Notes under the pieces: model-generated
Told to the model about the DNA's origin: nothing
The model's input: only the letters and a program-made list of their open reading frames with translations
Database searches by the model: none
DNA from: an uncultured delta proteobacterium
GTDB lineage: Bacteria > Desulfobacterota > Binatia > UBA9968
Direction of reading: 5' to 3'
DNA: 64,000 nt
Assembly: GCA_963771465.1 (NCBI GenBank)
Contig: CAVYTU010000017.1
Span: 576,001-640,000 of the forward strand
In this document: positions 58,415-64,000 of the stretch, piece by piece
Layout: each line of letters opens with the position of its first letter
Position numbering within the stretch: position 1 is the first letter of the stretch
Program-made: the position numbers and the translations under genes

Positions 58415-59566
58415 TCAGTCTCCCCAAACATCGGCGGCGACTTGCTGAATGAGTTCCAACTTGCGCCATTGATCGTCTTCGCTGATCAGGTTGCCGACGA
58501 TGTTCGACGAGAATCCGCATTGCGGGCTGAGAGCGAGCTGATCCAGCGGAATGTAGCGGCTAGCTTCGTCAATTCTACGCTTGAGTTCGTTTTCCGATTC
58601 GAGTTCCGGCACTTTGCTGCTGACTAATCCAAGAACGACGACTTTACTCTTCGGCACGAATCTCAATGGCTCGAACGTGCCGGCGCGCGCGGTGTCGTAT
58701 TCCAAAAGAAAGCGATCGTGATGCAGGCTGTTGAACAGTTTCTCGGCAATGGCGTCGTAACCGCCTTCGCGGTGCCACATGCTGCGAACGTTGCCGCGGC
58801 AGAGATGGATGCCGAAAGTGACGCCGGTAATTCCGTCGATGACCGCGTTGTCCGCTTCGATTGAATTGGTCATTTGGCGCATTGGATCGATCCCTAGACC
58901 TCGCATACGCTCCAACGATTTTGCATCCACGTAAGCGGTGTAGCTCGGTGCATCGTGCTGGATGCAGGGACAACCCGTTTCGGCTAATTGCCGGACGATC
59001 TCGCGCTCGATGACGATCACGTCGGCGCGATACTCGTCGGCGTTGGCGTAGATTCCGGCAACGTTCTGCCGTTGGAAGTTTTCACAGATTCGATCGGTTG
59101 CGATGAGCGTCACCTTCATCGGTTTATTCGTCAGCGCCGAGGCGGAGCGCCATTCGTCTAGAGGGACATTCTGCGCGAGCCGTAACCGCTCTGCAATCGG
59201 CCGCCAATATTGCAACGCGGGATCGCTTTTTGCCGAATCCGGTTGCCAGCGCTGCTGTGCTTGTCCGCCAACGGTGCGGCTCTCTTGAAACTGCAAAGTT
59301 TGTTTCTTGGGAACAAAACCCGCGACTGATTCGACGAAGCTGTCCTGAAAGTTCAGACGGCGAAATTCGCCGTCGGTCAGAATCGATAAGCCGTGGGCTT
59401 CTTGTTTCGCGATGACCTCTTTAACCGACTCGTCTTGGATTCGTGCTAGCGCGTCATCGGTAACTTCGCCGTTGCCGTGCCGGCTGTAAACCTCTTTCAG
59501 CTTTGCCCGCCGCAGCAGGCTGCCGACTTGGTCCACGCGAAGAGTTTTGAGCGACGTCTGATTCAT
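58415..59566 (-). CDS. Cobalamin-independent methionine synthase II catalytic-domain (MetE-core / YxjG-like) protein
   Basis: DQVGSLLR; TDGEFRR; Zn ligands HLCRGN, FLLEYD, SPQCGF; single domain only. Confidence 0.88.
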   Translation of the reverse strand: MNQTSLKTLRVDQVGSLLRRAKLKEVYSRHGNGEVTDDALARIQDESVKEVIAKQEAHGLSILTDGEFRRLNFQDSFVESVAGFVPKKQTLQFQESRTVGGQAQQRWQPDSAKSDPALQYWRPIAERLRLAQNVPLDEWRSASALTNKPMKVTLIATDRICENFQRQNVAGIYANADEYRADVIVIEREIVRQLAETGCPCIQHDAPSYTAYVDAKSLERMRGLGIDPMRQMTNSIEADNAVIDGITGVTFGIHLCRGNVRSMWHREGGYDAIAEKLFNSLHHDRFLLEYDTARAGTFEPLRFVPKSKVVVLGLVSSKVPELESENELKRRIDEASRYIPLDQLALSPQCGFSSNIVGNLISEDDQWRKLELIQQVAADVWGD

Positions 59567-60558
59567 CGCCACAATTCGGCCAACCAGCCACTCCGTTTGA
59601 GATCGTCGACATAGCTATTGTCGTAGTACGCGCTCATCGGCGTATTGCTGGCAAGCTTCGCCTCGACAAGGTTGAACTGTGCCGACTGCTGAACGATCGG
59701 TTGGATCGAGCTTGGCGTCACCGTCGGGTCTTTGATGAAGATGTCGACGGCGAACTTGTATGTCTGGTCGAGAATCTCCGGGTCGGTCTGGCGTGTGTAT
59801 TTGGCCAACACCGCTTTGGTCTGTTTCTCGTTGAGGTAGATATGTTTGATTCCTTCCATCGTGGCTTTAATCAGGCCGATTGTTGCCTCGCGGTTCTTGG
59901 CGGCGATGGATTTGCGCGCGACCAAGCCTTGAATCAAGAACTCGACGCCAGCTTTCTTAAATTCTTTCGGTCCGACCAATTCTCGATATCCGTCTTTCAT
60001 CAAGCGAAAAGTGAACGGCGCTGAGGTGATTATGCCGTCGACCGATCCTTGGGATAAACTGGTGATCGCTTGCGTGGTCGTGCCGGTTTGCACGATGTTG
60101 ATGCCCTGAATGTTGTGCATTTTAACGATCGCCTGCAAGGTAAAATGGGGTATGGCACCCAAACGGCTGATGCCGATTCGCTTGCCAGATAGATCAGCCA
60201 GCGTTTTGATATCCGGTTTCACTATTAGTGACTGAATCGCATAAGGAACCGTGGTCGCGACCTGAACAATGTCGCCGCCTTGCAGGACATTGGTGACGAG
60301 CGGCGGCCCACCGCCGGCACCGACGAAGGCCTGGCCGCCGAGCATCGCCTGAATGATCACTGGCGATGCACCGACGTAGATCATGTCCACATCCAAGCCA
60401 TATTTTTCGTAGAAGCGAGCTTCTTTGGCGATCCACCACGGCAAGCTGGCGGCGCTGATCGGCGTGAAGGGGAAGGAGAGTTTGGTCGCTGCCGATGTTC
60501 GCGAACAGACGCTGATGACGAGCAGCAAAGAGACGAGCGGAATTGCTATTCGTTTCAT
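59563..60558 (-). CDS. NMT1/SsuA-type ABC substrate-binding protein
   Basis: Signal peptide; WIAKEA.FYEKYGLDV; DLSGKRIGISR.G; YDNSYVDDL. Confidence 0.9.
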   Translation of the reverse strand: MKRIAIPLVSLLLVISVCSRTSAATKLSFPFTPISAASLPWWIAKEARFYEKYGLDVDMIYVGASPVIIQAMLGGQAFVGAGGGPPLVTNVLQGGDIVQVATTVPYAIQSLIVKPDIKTLADLSGKRIGISRLGAIPHFTLQAIVKMHNIQGINIVQTGTTTQAITSLSQGSVDGIITSAPFTFRLMKDGYRELVGPKEFKKAGVEFLIQGLVARKSIAAKNREATIGLIKATMEGIKHIYLNEKQTKAVLAKYTRQTDPEILDQTYKFAVDIFIKDPTVTPSSIQPIVQQSAQFNLVEAKLASNTPMSAYYDNSYVDDLKRSGWLAELWR

Positions 60559-62181
60559 GCGGCACCACGTACTTTATCGATTATTTCACTGACATTGTTG
60601 GGAAGGGTATCGCCGCGCCAGGCCACCTGGCCGTCAGGGCGAACTAAGACCAAATTGCGCTCGTAGGTCTCCCGTACTTTCGGTTCGTCGAGGTTGATGA
60701 CTTCCAGCGGCAGCCCGACTGGTTTCGCGGCTTGCGTGAAGCTATTCGTATTCACGCCGGAAAAATTCAGCAATACAAATCCTTTGCCAAAAAGATCCAG
60801 CGTGCGAGCGGCCATCTTTCAGCCAAACATGTGGCGCGCGCACACCTGGCCAGGTCGACGGCACATAGAGGCCATGATCGAGCTCGGGCGCCGGTGTGCC
60901 GTCGGCGACGCAGATCGGCGAGTTCTCATAACGGTAGCCAAGTTCGATTCCCGCGGAGTCGTGTTTGAATTCTTTTGCCCGTGTGCGCATGGTGACGGCG
61001 CGCGCCTTTTCGCGCAGCTGCCGGCCTGCATCGCTATCTTCGCTAATCTGCGGCGAGAAAGGCGCTTGGGTGTCGAAGCTGGCGCGCATTTCCGCCGCCT
61101 CGTTGACGTTGATCATCGCGATCGGTTTTCGTTCCGCCGTGTAGCTATCGAGCAATTTCGTACCGCCCCAACCTTGCAGCACCGCAGCCAACTTCCAGCC
61201 GATATCGACGGCGTCGCCGATGCCGGTGTTCATGCCGAAGCCGCCGGCGGGCCAATTCAAATGGGCCGCATCGCCGGCGAGAAAAACGCGTCGGTCTTGA
61301 TATCGGTCGGCGACGACGCAGTGACCGGTCCATGGGCGCACGGCGATCAGTTCGAATGGAATGTTGTCGCCGAGGGCGAAGCGAAGTTTTTCCGGCGCGT
61401 TGAGTGTGTCGATCTGTTCTTGTTTGACGTTGCGGATGTTCAAACGCCACAACTCGTTGCCGTCCACGGCAGCGATGGCGCCGTTGATCTGCGCGTTGAT
61501 GATCTGATACTGCACCGCCGGGCCGTGAGCAATCATTTTCAGTAACGGCGAGCGAAACAACACCGCGACGTTCATCCCTTGGGAAAAGACGCCCTCGTAC
61601 TTGATCTCGAGAGCGCGCCGGATATTGCTGCGACCGCCGTCGCAGCCGACTAGATAGTCAGCTTCGATGATTTCTTTCTGTCCGTTTTTTTTGTTGAGAA
61701 CTTCAGCGATGACTTGCGCACCGTCTTGGCGAAAAGATTCGAAAGACGTTTCGTAGCGCACTTCTACCTGAGGCAAGGTGGCGACATGTTTATGCAGCAC
61801 TGGATCGAAGTACGGTTTGGAAATCCACAACCGGCCTTCAGGACTGTGTGGCGAGCGGGCATCGGGCGCGCCGTTGGCCGGATGATCGAAACGGGCGATC
61901 TCATAGCCGTCCATGCGTGTGACGAAAAGATAATTGCGCGGATAGTCGGTCGGGTAACCGGATTCGAAGCGCATGCGGTCGGCGAAGCCCCAGCGGCGCA
62001 GATGCTCGACCGTGCGCGTGTTGGCGAGATTGGTGGTCGGAAAATCGACGCTGCCGTCAGTTTGCTCGACGACAAGACAGCGGATGTTGCGGTAAGCGAG
62101 CTCGATGGCGAGCGCGAGCCCGACCGGGCCGGCGCCGGCGATGAGAACGGGAATGCGAGTTGAAAGGGAATTTTCGCTCAT
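60555..62181 (-). CDS. FAD-dependent aromatic monooxygenase (PheA/TfdB/FAD_binding_3 type), +1 frameshift ~60806
   Basis: VLIAGAGPVGL; LVGCDGGRS; VFLAGDAAH..PAGGFGMNTGIGDA; PG.RAPHVWL. Removing one C gives DGRSTLDLFG and joins ORF 60555-60815 (LVRPDGQVAWRG). Confidence 0.9.
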
Positions 62182-62234
62182 AGGTCAATCGTTATGCTTC
62201 TTGTGGGAATCCGTGCGCTATCAGCTTGGCTTGT

Positions 62235-62316
62235 TCACCACGAAGGTCACGAAGGACACGAAGGCTTTGGACGACCAAGACTCCGAACTTCGTGCTCTTC
62301 GTGTCCTTCGTGGTGA
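62235..62316. repeat. CACGAAG 9-bp-period palindromic repeat
   Basis: TCACCACGAAGGTCACGAAGGACACGAAG pairs with CTTCGTGCTCTTCGTGTCCTTCGTGGTGA (26/29). Confidence 0.8.
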
Positions 62317-62363
62317 GAACTTTTTTACGCTAATCTTCGCAGTGTCACGGAATTCGTTGGTGG

Positions 62364-63314
62364 CTACCGCAGTGCCTTATTCACGAAACTAAAATCGAAA
62401 ACCTGATTGATCGATGCGTCCTTGGATGCGTCGCCTAAACTTTTCTGGGTGAACTCGATGGCGCCTTTCATCCACGCGTCGTCGGCAGAGCCGTTGAGCG
62501 GCAAGCGGCTTAAATATAGTTCGAAAAATTGATCGGCAAGCGCGGCATCCTTGATCGCGAAATAATCCGCGGCGATCTTTTTTGCTTCAGTGCGATTTTG
62601 CCGGGCGAATTGCAGCCCGCGCACGCTGCCTTTGACGAACGCTTGCAGCTCGGCGCCCTTGCTCTTGATCGTGTCATCGGTGACGCCGATGCCGCCGCTC
62701 GGATAGGTCGGCATGTAGTCGCCGGAGTAGCCGATGCGATTGAAGCCTTCACGCGCTAATATCAATGGCCGTGGCGGTGTTAGCAACGCGGCGGCGATAC
62801 GTCCGGCGCGCAGCGCCAGCACCGTGTCTTCCTGGCCGCCGATGACCAGACTCGTGACATCTTTGTTCGGTGCCAAGCCATGCTTTTGCACCATCAGCTG
62901 CGTCAGCAAATCGACGGCGCCGCCGCGCGACGAGATGCCGACGAACTTGCCCTTGAGATCGGCCATGGAACGAATATCTTTTTGCGCCACCATGTCGAAC
63001 TGGGGCTTGGCTGAGGCGATGAAAACCAGTTTGACTGGGATGCCGCGCACCGCGGCAGCGATGGTCGAGCCGGACGCCGAGGTGAAATCGACCGAGCCGC
63101 CGAGCAATGCTTGCATGCCAACGGCGCCGCGGATGAATATGACCTCGACTTCGAGGCCTTCCTCGCGGTAAAAGCCTTTGATTTGCGCCATTCGAAACGG
63201 CAACTCCGCGATTGACGCGGCGCTCACCGAGAAGCGGACTTTTTTTAGCTGAGCAAAGAGTGGAGAGGTACAGCTGAAAATGAACACCGCGGTGCAGAAG
63301 AGTAGGGTCCACAT
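62364..63314 (-). CDS. NMT1/SsuA-type ABC substrate-binding protein
   Basis: Signal peptide; KGFYREEGLEVE; ALLGGSVDF; DLKGKFVGISS.GG; VFDFSFV. Confidence 0.9.
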   Translation of the reverse strand: MWTLLFCTAVFIFSCTSPLFAQLKKVRFSVSAASIAELPFRMAQIKGFYREEGLEVEVIFIRGAVGMQALLGGSVDFTSASGSTIAAAVRGIPVKLVFIASAKPQFDMVAQKDIRSMADLKGKFVGISSRGGAVDLLTQLMVQKHGLAPNKDVTSLVIGGQEDTVLALRAGRIAAALLTPPRPLILAREGFNRIGYSGDYMPTYPSGGIGVTDDTIKSKGAELQAFVKGSVRGLQFARQNRTEAKKIAADYFAIKDAALADQFFELYLSRLPLNGSADDAWMKGAIEFTQKSLGDASKDASINQVFDFSFVNKALR

Positions 63315-63322
63315 GGCTAGTC

Positions 63323-63424
63323 AGTAAACATGGCCGCGATTAGACTGTCAACTAATCTTGTCGCCCGCTCCGACATGAGCTGATCAGAGCGGATTTGACG
63401 CGTTCATGGCGATGACGTAAACCA
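63323..63424. promoter_or_regulatory. Divergent sigma70-like promoters between two SBP genes
   Basis: Minus strand TTGACA-N17-TTTACT; plus strand TTGACG-N17-TAAACC. Confidence 0.45.
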
Positions 63425-63441
63425 GCAAGGGGGTACCGAAC

Positions 63442-64000
63442 ATGCCGACCGCAATCGCACGCGTCGCCTTTACGATAACACTTGTCGCTTACTTATCCGC
63501 GCCGACGCTGGCGCAAGATAAATTGACCCGAATCCGCGTCGCTTATCCGAGCGGCGGAATTTGCTGTCTGGCGATGTACGGCGCGATCCAATGGAAAATC
63601 TTCGAAGAAAATGGCCTGTTCGCCGAGATCGTGCAGATTCGCTCGCAAGTCGGCAACATGGCGTTGATGGCCAACGAGATCCAATACTTTACCGGCGTCG
63701 GACCGGCTTCGGTGAGCGCGACTTTGCGCGGTATGGCGTCGCGCGGCATTTGGTTCGCGTCGGACCAACTGATTTATTCGCTGATGGCGCGGCCGGAGTT
63801 TCAAAATTTGCGCGATCTGCGGAACAAAAAGATCGGTGTCACAGGACTTGGTGGCACGCAGCATGTCGCGTTGCAAATAGCACTGGAAGGCGCCGGCGAG
63901 AATCCGAAGAATTTTGCTTATGTTGTCCTCGGCGCGGCGCAGCTATTGCCGGCGTTGGAAAGCGGCATTGTCGACGCGGCCATGTTCAGCCCGCCGTTCG
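63442..64000 (+). CDS. NMT1/SsuA-type ABC substrate-binding protein, runs off window end
   Basis: Not in ORF track. My translation: MPTAIARVAFTITLVAYLSAPTLAQDKLTRIRVAYPSGGICC...IFEENGL...DLRNKKIGVTGLGG...ALESGIVDAAMFSPPF. Confidence 0.88.
   Translation, partial: MPTAIARVAFTITLVAYLSAPTLAQDKLTRIRVAYPSGGICCLAMYGAIQWKIFEENGLFAEIVQIRSQVGNMALMANEIQYFTGVGPASVSATLRGMASRGIWFASDQLIYSLMARPEFQNLRDLRNKKIGVTGLGGTQHVALQIALEGAGENPKNFAYVVLGAAQLLPALESGIVDAAMFSPPF

Noticed and set aside
58415-59566. Calling the gene metE
   Set aside because: Half the length of MetE and lacks the folate-binding domain; function uncertain.
62235-62316. Possible CRISPR array from CACGAAG repeats
   Set aside because: Units are 9 bp with no unique spacers, form one hairpin, and no cas genes are present.

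Overview
GC-rich (visually ~55-60%) bacterial chromosomal segment with no rRNA, tRNA, CRISPR array or transposase that I can see. It is dominated by paralogous solute-binding proteins (SBPs): 8 Fe3+/thiamine/polyamine-type, 6 NMT1/SsuA/TauA-type and 5 TctC/Bug-type, against only one complete ABC transporter and one partial permease. It also holds 6 amidohydrolase_2 paralogs plus a remnant. Other catabolic enzymes include a tandem cyclase, an LVIVD propeller, a CoA-transferase III pair, UbiD, a GMC oxidoreductase, a Mo-hydroxylase large subunit, an FAD monooxygenase and a MetE-like protein. The only clearly housekeeping gene is a class I fumarase. This content resembles uncultured soil/subsurface Deltaproteobacteria such as Ca. 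Binatia (inference from gene content only). At least seven genes are broken by single-base indels, nearly all +1 insertions, most likely long-read consensus errors. Several short palindromic REP/MITE-like repeat families sit in intergenic gaps. The best candidates for undescribed biology are: (i) the 7.6-16.7 kb cluster with signal-less binding-protein folds (one fused to an SCP2-like domain) and two hydrolases with altered catalytic residues; (ii) a Cys-less thiolase/OB-fold fusion operon; (iii) an apparently leaderless heme-oxygenase-like diiron enzyme upstream of UbiD; (iv) a monooxygenase-SBP-MetE-like operon.
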